From contig JAEUTI010000041.1 of the NCBI GenBank assembly GCA_016788065.1, positions 1 to 13,802 of the forward strand: a DNA stretch of 13,802 nt, read 5' to 3'. The notes beneath the pieces are model-generated. The model saw only the letters and a list, made by a program, of their open reading frames with translations. It was not told the origin of the DNA and made no database searches. The translations under genes and the position numbers were made by a program. The stretch is from Bacteroidia bacterium. Lineage in GTDB: Bacteria > Bacteroidota > Bacteroidia > AKYH767-A > OLB10. This document shows, in pieces, positions 6,208 through 13,802 of this stretch (its first letter is position 1; each line of letters starts with the position of its first letter).

Positions 6208-7683
6208 TTAGTTTAAGTTTAAATTCCGGATCTGCCAATTATATTTTCCTTTTGAAAAATTTTTCAGAAATTCTGTCTGGTATTTAATAAATGATTCTTT
6301 TTGTTTACTTATATACGCCTGGTAAACAAATGCCGAAAGCACATGCTCATGCTCTGTCATAGAGGAAGGAACTCTGTTTAGGAAAACTTCTGCAATTCCG
6401 GCGGTCTCACTCTTTTTCAACTCCCAAAGGAAGCTTATGATACGATTATAATTTTCATCATAAAAATGGCTGGGTAAAGGCATCACTTTATTTGCAGAAG
6501 TTTTTTCCTGATAATTGGATAGCATAGCGAACGCATGTGCCATCGTTACATTAGAATAAATGGTGTCGTGCGGCCAGTGTTTCTGCATTTGAGTTGCCAG
6601 GAAAATGGCTCGGCCCACATTTCCTGTTGCCAGATAAAGTTCAACTATCTCGCCTTCAGAAGCCATCTTCATGTGAGCAAATTGGGTCTCCGGTTGTCGA
6701 AAAAATTGGCCTCCCGACTTCGCGTTTGGTGGAATTACTAATTGGATTTTTTCAGCCCGGATTTTTGTGTCAGGGTGCGTCTTCAGCGAATCCTCATCTG
6801 CTGTCCGCTCTTCTTCTTCAAAAACGCCCAATGAAGATCCGGGTTCATAATAGGTCCATCCGTTTCTAAATGGCACACTTGGAGAACTGAATACCTCTTT
6901 AATATCTATTGGCGACAAATCCGACTCTTTGTCCGCATTATCGAGAATCTCCATTATTTCAAGTGCAGCTGCCGGGGCGTAATCGGTATTCAGAAAAAAA
7001 CGCATTCCTATTGTGTCTGCTTCAATTTCATAATCCCTGCTATATCGCATATCTTCTAATACACCTGGCTTTACAAGATCTGTAAGTTTTTGCTTCACCA
7101 TATACTGCTCCTGCAGCACCTCTTTCAATTTCTTTTGAAATTCCGGATCCAAATACTTTTTGGCATTTCCAATAGCTTTGGCGGAATTATGGTTTTTATG
7201 ATCGTGTGCAAGTTCATGACAAAGGATAAATGCCAGCTGTGCTTCATTATCGAGCCGTTCTAACAATCCCGAATAAATTATTATAATGCCATCCCCTAAA
7301 GAATAAGCATTTACCATCGGATTTCTGGACACTAAAAGAAGCATGTCTTTTCGCAAAACCGGGTTTTTGCTTAAAATATGATCTAAAACATTTTGTGCAT
7401 ACGTCTGCAGAAATGAATCAAATAAAAACTCTCCACCACTGATCGCCGATTTAAGATATTCTTTTCGCTCCGTATAAATATCTTTAAGATAGTCTTTAAT
7501 ATATTTTTCCTCGTTTTGAATTAATGCAATCGACTGGTTATATGTTTTATCAATTCTTACCTGAGCAACAGAGTCTTTTACTACCAGTTTCGATGGAATA
7601 AATGTTGTAGGAACCTGTGATAATGCGCATTGATAAAATAAAAAAAATGCAATCAAAAGCAAACAAAGATTAGTTGGTCGCAT
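6208..7683 (-). CDS. M48-family zinc metallopeptidase (BepA/Ste24-like) with a helical, TPR-like C-terminal half. 491 aa from the preferred start.
   Basis: HExxH motif in LCHELAHDHKNH, plus the family-typical downstream SRDYEIEADTIG (ExEAD) motif. The start at 7683 gives a clean signal peptide MRPTNLCLLLIAFFLFYQCALSQ. The ORF-track start at 7758 adds 25 residues that would bury the signal peptide. Confidence 0.85.
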   Translation of the reverse strand: MRPTNLCLLLIAFFLFYQCALSQVPTTFIPSKLVVKDSVAQVRIDKTYNQSIALIQNEEKYIKDYLKDIYTERKEYLKSAISGGEFLFDSFLQTYAQNVLDHILSKNPVLRKDMLLLVSRNPMVNAYSLGDGIIIIYSGLLERLDNEAQLAFILCHELAHDHKNHNSAKAIGNAKKYLDPEFQKKLKEVLQEQYMVKQKLTDLVKPGVLEDMRYSRDYEIEADTIGMRFFLNTDYAPAAALEIMEILDNADKESDLSPIDIKEVFSSPSVPFRNGWTYYEPGSSLGVFEEEERTADEDSLKTHPDTKIRAEKIQLVIPPNAKSGGQFFRQPETQFAHMKMASEGEIVELYLATGNVGRAIFLATQMQKHWPHDTIYSNVTMAHAFAMLSNYQEKTSANKVMPLPSHFYDENYNRIISFLWELKKSETAGIAEVFLNRVPSSMTEHEHVLSAFVYQAYISKQKESFIKYQTEFLKNFSKGKYNWQIRNLNLN

Positions 7684-8198
7684 TGAATTTTGAATAACCG
7701 GACATCTGTTTTTTTTAAAAGATAAACCTGAAACAGACTTGCTAAAATATGGCTTCATTTAAAAATTTGATCAAAAATCTATTTGAGGCTAAATTAAGTG
7801 CTAGTACCCACCTTTCCAAATTTTTCAAACATTTATTAAGATCAGTATAATCAACAACTTGCGAACACTTTTGTGTACGCTCCACACTGTAATTGATAAC
7901 CTGTTATCAGAAAAACTTCAACTTTGAAAGCAGATTTATTTTATCCGTCTATTCAGATACATATATGGGAACTACGATATTCAAAGCACCGATTTTTCAA
8001 TTTCTGCCTTTATGTACCTCCTCCTCCTATGACCCAATCACTGGTAAGGAGCCCCACGGTAATTTTTTCATAGTGAATTGACAATCTTATTGGAATAGAG
8101 TCCCAACTTTAATGATCGAGGGTTGATAAAACCTCCCATCACAAACACTCAATCACAGGCAAAATAATGCCCATTTAGTGTTTAATTGGAGCAGGACC

Positions 8199-8957
8199 TT
8201 AATTTCTTTGGTAATACCAATGCATCATTTGATTTCTGACCAACTGCTCGCTGGTGGTATCATCGAGAATTTGCAGATAAGACATCTTTTTAATGTCCAT
8301 GCAATATTGAACTAACGTCCAGTAGTTATAATATTCCCGTGGTGATATTGTTCCATCTTCAAATTTAACTTCCCACAAAGTTTCATCTGTTGCAATTAAC
8401 CGATCAATATTTTTGGAAAGGTTTTTTTGATTGGGGTTCTGACGGGAAATATATTCCGCATAACCTTCCCATTTCCAATCAGGAATAGCAGCAATTGGAT
8501 TTGATTTCCTAAGACCCAGATAATCGAACTGCAAACAATGCGTCATCTCATGAGTTAATAGCTGAGTTAAATTCCACCTGTAACCATGTAATTCGACAAT
8601 ATTTTCCGGAACATTGGTGGTTCCCTGCAGGATAACTTTATTGTAGAAGCCCCATGCAAATGCAGGACCCCGCAATGTTTTCATCAGATCCGGATAACTG
8701 GAACCATCATTCAAACAAATGTCAAGGTGCAGATTGGGGTTGTAAAATTCACTCGTTTTTAAATGTTCAGTTGCGTTATCAAGATGACTCAAAAGAGTTG
8801 GATCAAGGGGTTGATGATGAAATACGGAATAATTAGAATGAGTAGTTTTTCCGGCATAAGTCAATACCGGCTTTAAAATAATCAGCAGCAACAGAATGGT
8901 GATCAATAATCCTGATACGGTTAATCGAAGGGTCCATTTTTTAATTTGCTTTTTCAT
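8199..8957 (-). CDS. Membrane-anchored putative zinc metalloprotease-like protein (252 aa), family not recognised
   Basis: N-terminal MKKQIKKW followed by a TM helix LTVSGLLITILLLLIIL. HExxH is in LLTHEMTHCLQ, with a candidate third ligand Glu about 28 residues later (WEGYAEY), which fits a gluzincin-like arrangement. Confidence 0.6.
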   Translation of the reverse strand: MKKQIKKWTLRLTVSGLLITILLLLIILKPVLTYAGKTTHSNYSVFHHQPLDPTLLSHLDNATEHLKTSEFYNPNLHLDICLNDGSSYPDLMKTLRGPAFAWGFYNKVILQGTTNVPENIVELHGYRWNLTQLLTHEMTHCLQFDYLGLRKSNPIAAIPDWKWEGYAEYISRQNPNQKNLSKNIDRLIATDETLWEVKFEDGTISPREYYNYWTLVQYCMDIKKMSYLQILDDTTSEQLVRNQMMHWYYQRN

Positions 8958-9072
8958 GAGAATGCTTATTAGAGGTTATTAATGAAATTGTGCTTTCGTT
9001 TATGGTATGGTGATTGGCAAAACCTTACTTCGATTCATGTTCTAAAATATACTGGTCATGTGCTATTTAGAA

Positions 9073-9219
9073 TTACAGAATAGTCTTATGGCTGTTAGAA
9101 ATGGTTATTGCTTTATAATTTTCCGGGTGATCTCGCCTTTCTTTGAAACCATACGCACCAAGTGCAATTATCATGATCCAACCTTCCAGGAAAGGAATAA
9201 TAAAAATTGGATTTCCCAT
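9073..9219 (-). CDS. Possible small membrane protein (48 aa), below the ORF-track cutoff
   Basis: Hand translation gives MGNPIFIIPFLEGWIMIIALGAYGFKERRDHPENYKAITISNSHKTIL, with ATG at 9219 and TAA at 9075..9073. It has one clear hydrophobic helix followed by a positive cluster. There is no further support. Confidence 0.3.
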   Translation of the reverse strand: MGNPIFIIPFLEGWIMIIALGAYGFKERRDHPENYKAITISNSHKTIL

Positions 9220-9373
9220 AACTTGAATTATTTTTTAAACTTGCCGCTACCCACACCATCTAAAAATCTCAGGCTTCTCAAAAATAATAAATATTTTCAA
9301 TGCCGCGAGGAAAACTTCTACCTGGTGTTGCAAATTGGAATAGCACTTACTCAGATTCTGATATTAATTTTGT

Positions 9374-9898
9374 TCACTTCGTATTTAAATACAAGTCAAA
9401 TTCATCTGCTTTGATTTCTTCCGGCATTAATCTTAAATGTCCATTAGCAACTACTGCCTTAAATGTTTCATTTCCTAAATTATTGCCTCCCACAAAATTT
9501 GAGTTGCAGGTAACAACCAAATTACCCAAATAAAAATAGAATTGAAATGTTTTCATAGCGAGGCCATTGAATTGAGAAAACGGCATACTTTTATACACGG
9601 TACTATCCAGTTTATAACAAACAACCATACCATTATCAAGTATAGCTTGAGTAATTTCAGGGATTGATAACACTGCAGAATCATTACTATTTGCTGAAGT
9701 ATTATAAGTATACCAATCATTCGGAGCAACGGTAACTATTTTTGAATATATCTCTATTGCTCCATTCTCTCCACTCGGTCCTTGCGGACCCTGAGGACCA
9801 ATTTCACAATCATCTTCCTTATTGCAACTGGTATATACCATTGAAAATGATAATATGAAAAAGAGTACTACTTTTGAAGGTTGGAATCGAGCCATCAT
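9374..9898 (-). CDS. Lipoprotein (174 aa) with a short collagen-like Gly-X-Y segment, probably surface-exposed
   Basis: Signal peptide with lipobox-like YTSC, then CNKEDD (acidic stretch after the +1 Cys), then GPQGPQGPSGENG. TGA stop. Confidence 0.7.
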   Translation of the reverse strand: MMARFQPSKVVLFFILSFSMVYTSCNKEDDCEIGPQGPQGPSGENGAIEIYSKIVTVAPNDWYTYNTSANSNDSAVLSIPEITQAILDNGMVVCYKLDSTVYKSMPFSQFNGLAMKTFQFYFYLGNLVVTCNSNFVGGNNLGNETFKAVVANGHLRLMPEEIKADEFDLYLNTK

Positions 9899-10205
9899 AA
9901 TAAAATATTTTAGTTTGTTGTAGATTGATAAGGATTATTGATGTTTTTAAGCTATCTGCAGTTGGTGATTTAGGAGCGCTGTACTGTTTGCCTAAACCGA
10001 ACTTGATATGCAGTATCAGGGATAATTGTTTAAATAATAATCTTCCATTTAATTAAATTCAATAAGATTCGCATCCTCAATTTCTGGTGCTCTATTTAAT
10101 AATTCCATCTGAAGTTTTAAGGTTTGCTTAAAGTGGTGGTTAAGAATTGTTGCAGAGCAAGTTGTTTATACCTGTTCATTCCATCTTACTTTAATCATTC
10201 AATTC

Positions 10206-12317
10206 TCAAAATCCCGCTACAATTAATTTCCTATAATATGATTTCTTAGCTGTTAGGATAGAAACCAAATACATCCCGGGTGAAAGATTGGAGATATTCA
10301 GACGCAAAGAAGTTGTGTTGTGAATAGATCTCTTCAGATGCAATTTCCCCGATAAATCCAGAATTTCCAGTTGACCCGATTTAATACGTTCGTGCATGCG
10401 GATAGTAACTTGCGTGTTTGCAGGGTTAGGATAAAGTTGCATTTCGTTAGGTTCAGAAATTTGTTCCCCAAGTCCGGTAAAATCACTTAAGGGTCTACGA
10501 TAAATTGAAAATCGGGTACGCCAACTGCCTGTGCTGACAAACAAATAGTCATTATTTACATAAAAGGAACGGATATCTACAATATCGAGCTCAGGATATA
10601 AACCATAGCTTAAATCGCTCCAGGAATCGCCGGCATCGGCAGAATATACAATACCACTATGGAAAACAGTTCCTGCAAACACATGGTTGTTGACTGATAT
10701 CAATGCACTTATCCATGGCTCCGGTGTTCCAAAATTATATGGAATCCATGTTAAACCGTAATCAATAGATTTATGAATTCCCCCCGGTTGAGTTCCTACA
10801 AATAGAATGGTATCAAGAACTGTCATCGACCAAATATTGGCGGAATTCAAACCATTGTTAATAGCTGTCCAGGAAACACCGTTATCATTAGAAACAAACA
10901 TACCATCATTGCCTGAGGTTGCAACATATAATGAAGTATCAAGAAACGCTATGTCCACCAAGTTGCTGTTTGTAAGAGTAATGCTGGAAAATAAATTCCA
11001 TGTTTGAGCAGAGTCCACCGAGGTGTGAATAAGTCCTGTATTTCCAATTGCATAAAGAATTCCATCATGCATCCTAAGTGCAACAATTTGTGAATCCGCA
11101 ATTCCGTTGCTGGCAGTTACCCACGTTGAACCTGTATCTGCAGTCATAAATAATCCATGATTATACAACGACATAAGCATGCTGTTGTCTACAGCTAAAA
11201 AGCATGCTGGAAATTCATTATATAAATTCTGAAAGGGTAATCCTGCATTGACCGGCTTCCAGGAGGTTCCATTATTTTTAGAAACAGTAACACCTGCAGA
11301 TTCGCCATTTTCATTAATGGCCCCCGCAAACAACACATCACCAAATCCACCCATCGCAATTACATCTAATGCCGGCAACCCTTTCAGTGACCAATTGGAT
11401 GGTACCTGATAAGATTTGTACAATCCACCCATAGTGCCGGCCAGGATGGTGGAATCATCAACTGCTAATTTTGTTATTTCACGAAAACCCATTCCAGTAT
11501 TGGAAGGGGCCCATGTTTGTCCATGATCTGGTGAATAGAAAACACCATTATTTTTGCCGACCACTAATGTATCTCCATAAAAGCTCACATCTTTGATAGC
11601 TGAAATTGAAAAGCCTATATTCGACCAGGTATTTCCAAGGTCTGCTGAAAAAAACACACCGTCTCCTTGTGAGCCAGCGATAACATTTGAGTCACGGGCA
11701 GCAATAGATCTAATATCGTATCCCGTAAGGCCATTATTGGATGCCTGCCAGGACTGACCCCAATCATCGGTTCGATACATTCCAACAGGTGTAGCTGCAA
11801 ACAATTGCAGTCCGTTGGTAGCCAGATCGTGGACAAAATATTGAGCTGGAAGACCTGAACTAACATTTGTCCAATTTATTCCACCGTCAGTGGTTACATA
11901 AACTCCCGCTGCAATAGCTACAAATACTTGATTTCCTACTACAGCAAGCGAGGTGCATTCATTGGATGCCAACCCGTTCAAAGATGGTAACCAGGTGATT
12001 CCATGATCAACAGACCGGTAAACACCACTGTCGGATGTACTCATAAATATTAGTGAGTCTTGAAAGGCTATATCTCTTATAACATAGCCATTAGTACATA
12101 AAACAGGACTCCATGTTTCTCCTAAATCAACAGAGCGGAACAACTGACTCCAATGATTACTGTTGCCAAAGCTGCATACTGCCATCACCTCATTTCCTTT
12201 CACTCCCATGCAAAGAATCTCCGCACCATTTGGCCCATTGCAATTCACCCATTGTGCACTTACATTGAAATAACAATTGATGAGCATAAAAAGAAGTATT
12301 GTAAGTTTGAATTTCAC
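10206..12317 (-). CDS. Secreted BNR/Asp-box repeat protein (703 aa; tandem beta-propeller likely) with a T9SS C-terminal sorting domain
   Basis: Twelve S/T-x-D-x-G-x-(T/S)-W boxes, for example SVDLGETW, SVDHGITW, SADLGNTW, SPDHGQTW, TADTGSTW, SNDNGVSW, SIDYGLTW and SADAGDSW. The C-terminus LYPNPANTQVTI...LSPGMYLVSILTAKKSYYRKLIV is a typical Por_Secre_tail. GTG start gives the signal peptide MKFKLTILLFMLINCYFNVSAQ. Confidence 0.88.
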   Translation of the reverse strand: MKFKLTILLFMLINCYFNVSAQWVNCNGPNGAEILCMGVKGNEVMAVCSFGNSNHWSQLFRSVDLGETWSPVLCTNGYVIRDIAFQDSLIFMSTSDSGVYRSVDHGITWLPSLNGLASNECTSLAVVGNQVFVAIAAGVYVTTDGGINWTNVSSGLPAQYFVHDLATNGLQLFAATPVGMYRTDDWGQSWQASNNGLTGYDIRSIAARDSNVIAGSQGDGVFFSADLGNTWSNIGFSISAIKDVSFYGDTLVVGKNNGVFYSPDHGQTWAPSNTGMGFREITKLAVDDSTILAGTMGGLYKSYQVPSNWSLKGLPALDVIAMGGFGDVLFAGAINENGESAGVTVSKNNGTSWKPVNAGLPFQNLYNEFPACFLAVDNSMLMSLYNHGLFMTADTGSTWVTASNGIADSQIVALRMHDGILYAIGNTGLIHTSVDSAQTWNLFSSITLTNSNLVDIAFLDTSLYVATSGNDGMFVSNDNGVSWTAINNGLNSANIWSMTVLDTILFVGTQPGGIHKSIDYGLTWIPYNFGTPEPWISALISVNNHVFAGTVFHSGIVYSADAGDSWSDLSYGLYPELDIVDIRSFYVNNDYLFVSTGSWRTRFSIYRRPLSDFTGLGEQISEPNEMQLYPNPANTQVTIRMHERIKSGQLEILDLSGKLHLKRSIHNTTSLRLNISNLSPGMYLVSILTAKKSYYRKLIVAGF

Positions 12318-12688
12318 TGGGTATTGATTTAAAGATTAAGCATTAAAAGTACAAATGTTTCTTCATCTTAGCAACTTTTTAAAAAGAGGGGTATTTGGCA
12401 GATTAACTTTGATTTGTGCAAGGCAACAAGAACAATTCCCCAAAATTGATAAAATCGTTTCAGCTATCTGAAAGGGTGCCATGAGGATAACTTCTACCGG
12501 GTTTTGAATAAGGAACTCGATCTACGATTCATTTTAAAAGACAAAGCCCAATTAACTTGCAATTTAACAAAATGAATGTTGTTTTTTACATTTTGATACA
12601 GAAACCGGCTGTTTCGACTGGTACTCTATAAAAATCTGATAGCGATATCAGGCAGCTAATTGCACTAACAAAAGTTATATTTTTTTTT

Positions 12689-12725
12689 AAAAAGTTGTGC
12701 CTCTCCGACTGAATTGGCAGGCAAC
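12689..12725 (-). terminator. Probable intrinsic terminator downstream of the 2-TM protein gene
   Basis: On the minus strand the hairpin is GTTG(CC)TGCC-14 nt loop-GGCACAAC, followed by TTTTT, 37 nt after the TAA stop. The stem has a 2-nt bulge, so it is of moderate quality. Confidence 0.4.
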
Positions 12726-12761
12726 GGTCACCGATGTTGTACGCTGGCCTATAAATGCCAG

Positions 12762-13199
12762 TTAAACCCGTTCGTTGTCAGCCTGCCATTCCTGAATTGA
12801 TTTTTTTATTTGGTCACCTTTTAAACCATCGTGTAATGCTCTTTGAAGGAGTGTAATAAACTCTTCATCATTTGCAAATCGTAGAGCGGAGATTTGATCA
12901 AAGGTCAACTGTTTTTCGATCGGATCCGTTCTTTTACCGAATAATTCGAAATATCTTAATTTAAATTCCAAACGAACTATTCTATTTTGATTACCCAAAG
13001 CATAATGTTGTCTTACCATTAAAGTAAGATAAAGTATACAAGATATCGCAACAGTAAATAGTAACCATGACAAATTGTTTTCCTCACTTAAGTAAATGTT
13101 TCTAATACCGATAAAAATTAATATCAGTAAAATGGGTAAAAAAACAAAATGGTGTGGAATATAATACCTTTTGTGATTCGAATAGTTTTGCTTTTTCAT
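12762..13199 (-). CDS. Small membrane protein with two TM helices and a soluble helical C-terminal domain (145 aa from the preferred start)
   Basis: From the ATG at 13199 it reads MKKQNYSNHKRYYIPHHFVFLPILLILIFIGI...WLLFTVAISCILYLTLMV, then a charged C-terminal domain. The ORF-track start at 13277 adds 26 non-hydrophobic residues that overlap remnant sequence. No family is assigned with confidence. Confidence 0.65.
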   Translation of the reverse strand: MKKQNYSNHKRYYIPHHFVFLPILLILIFIGIRNIYLSEENNLSWLLFTVAISCILYLTLMVRQHYALGNQNRIVRLEFKLRYFELFGKRTDPIEKQLTFDQISALRFANDEEFITLLQRALHDGLKGDQIKKSIQEWQADNERV

Positions 13200-13357
13200 A
13201 TTTTGTACAGTTACAAAAATCAAACCACTATTGCCATCTCTATAAAAGTTTAGCAATGTCCTTCGTAAATTTGCCATTTGGTTGAAAGCTGTCTAAAGCT
13301 TGTGCAACACCGGCTGTTAAAAGCAGGCGTAGCAAATCTATCAACGGAATACCAAGC

Positions 13358-13683
13358 TTATTGTCGAATAAATAATATTGGTAGTTTGTTATCATAAACT
13401 TCCGGAACTACTTTGAGTCCAAAATTATTAATATACGCATTCAAAATCTTATCCTTAACTATAAAAATGTCAATCTTGGAAATTTCACTGGAAAATTATT
13501 AGTGTAGAGGTTTTCTGAATTAATGTAAACTGCATCTATGAAGAGTTGATAAAAGTCCACCACCTCATCAATAAATTGTTTCTTATTTGCCAGTCAATCG
13601 ATCAACTTTCTTTCACACCACTCTGTTCAAATAGCATTTCCTTGACCATATTCGCTTGGTGATAACGTCAGACTGTGAAAATA
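13358..13683 (-). pseudogene. Probable decayed gene remnant: protein-like reading frames broken by two TGA codons and one frameshift, with no start codon
   Basis: Hand translation of the minus strand gives YFHSLTLSPSEYGQGNAI*TEWCERKLID*LANKKQFIDEVVDFYQLFIDAVYINSENLYTNNF, then a 1-nt shift in a T-run, then SSEISKIDIFIVKDKILNAYINNFGLKVVPEVYDNKLPILFIRQ*. The ORF track has no ORF of 60 aa or more anywhere in 13278-13802. Confidence 0.3.
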
Positions 13684-13802
13684 CTAATTTTCCTCATCCC
13701 TTTGTTAATTTCTATTGAAAAATTGTTCCTAACTCGAGCATTTTGATTGCTATTTTTAGGGAAAATCAAACTCATGCAACACATAGTACCCATGGACAGA
13801 TA

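Noticed and set aside
7893-9533. Plus-strand ORFs 7893-8081, 8654-8836, 9058-9414 and 9300-9533
   Set aside because: They have low-complexity AT-driven composition. They overlap each other, overlap minus-strand genes, or lie in upstream spacers of minus-strand genes. None has recognisable motifs.
7894-12650. TGATA...TATCA inverted repeats upstream of three minus-strand genes: 7894-7909 (TGATAAC-CT-GTTATCA), 10004-10018 (TGATA-TGCAG-TATCA) and 12635-12650 (CTGATA-GCGA-TATCAG)
   Set aside because: The spacing between half-sites differs (6, 5 and 4 nt). The arms are short and AT-rich, and the distance to the downstream start varies from about 100 to 320 nt. This is compatible with chance in AT-rich DNA. 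It could be revisited with genome-wide motif statistics.
1-13802. Genome-wide TGA reassignment (code 4 or 25), suggested by the in-frame TGA at 6163-6165 and two TGAs in the remnant at 13358-13683
   Set aside because: All long conserved ORFs (mnmG, the M48 peptidase, the 703-aa protein) are uninterrupted under the standard code, and all their Trp residues are TGG. Four genes end at TGA at sensible C-termini, one of them TGA-TAA. Isolated nonsense mutations or errors explain the data better.

Overview
AT-rich window that looks like Bacteroidota: one gene carries a T9SS C-terminal sorting domain, start codons lack obvious Shine-Dalgarno sequences, and several proteins have lipoprotein or signal-peptide N-termini. 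The left third holds housekeeping genes: an atypical thioredoxin (+ strand), a Zn-ribbon SAM methyltransferase and mnmG/gidA (both - strand). The rest is a run of minus-strand envelope or secreted genes: an unclassified 509-aa protein, an M48 metallopeptidase, a membrane-anchored HExxH protein, a collagen-like lipoprotein, a 12-Asp-box T9SS protein and a small 2-TM protein. No rRNA, tRNA, transposase or true CRISPR array was seen, and I did not recognise a defence system or other novel multi-gene system. The most unusual signal is non-coding. It is a family of about 11 GC-rich hairpin elements with a conserved 11-nt loop (GAGCCTGYCGA) and differing but still complementary stems, confined to the first 4.5 kb in three clusters. 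One cluster is a 55-56 bp tandem array upstream of thioredoxin. Another abuts the mnmG start and creates a false N-terminal ORF extension. Other points of interest are a recurring GTTyCACGTGrAAC palindrome limited to the trx/methyltransferase region, an in-frame TGA splitting the signal peptide of the 509-aa gene, a decayed gene remnant at the right edge, and several unusually long ORF-free spacers. All calls come from reading the sequence and ORF track by eye. No searches were run.
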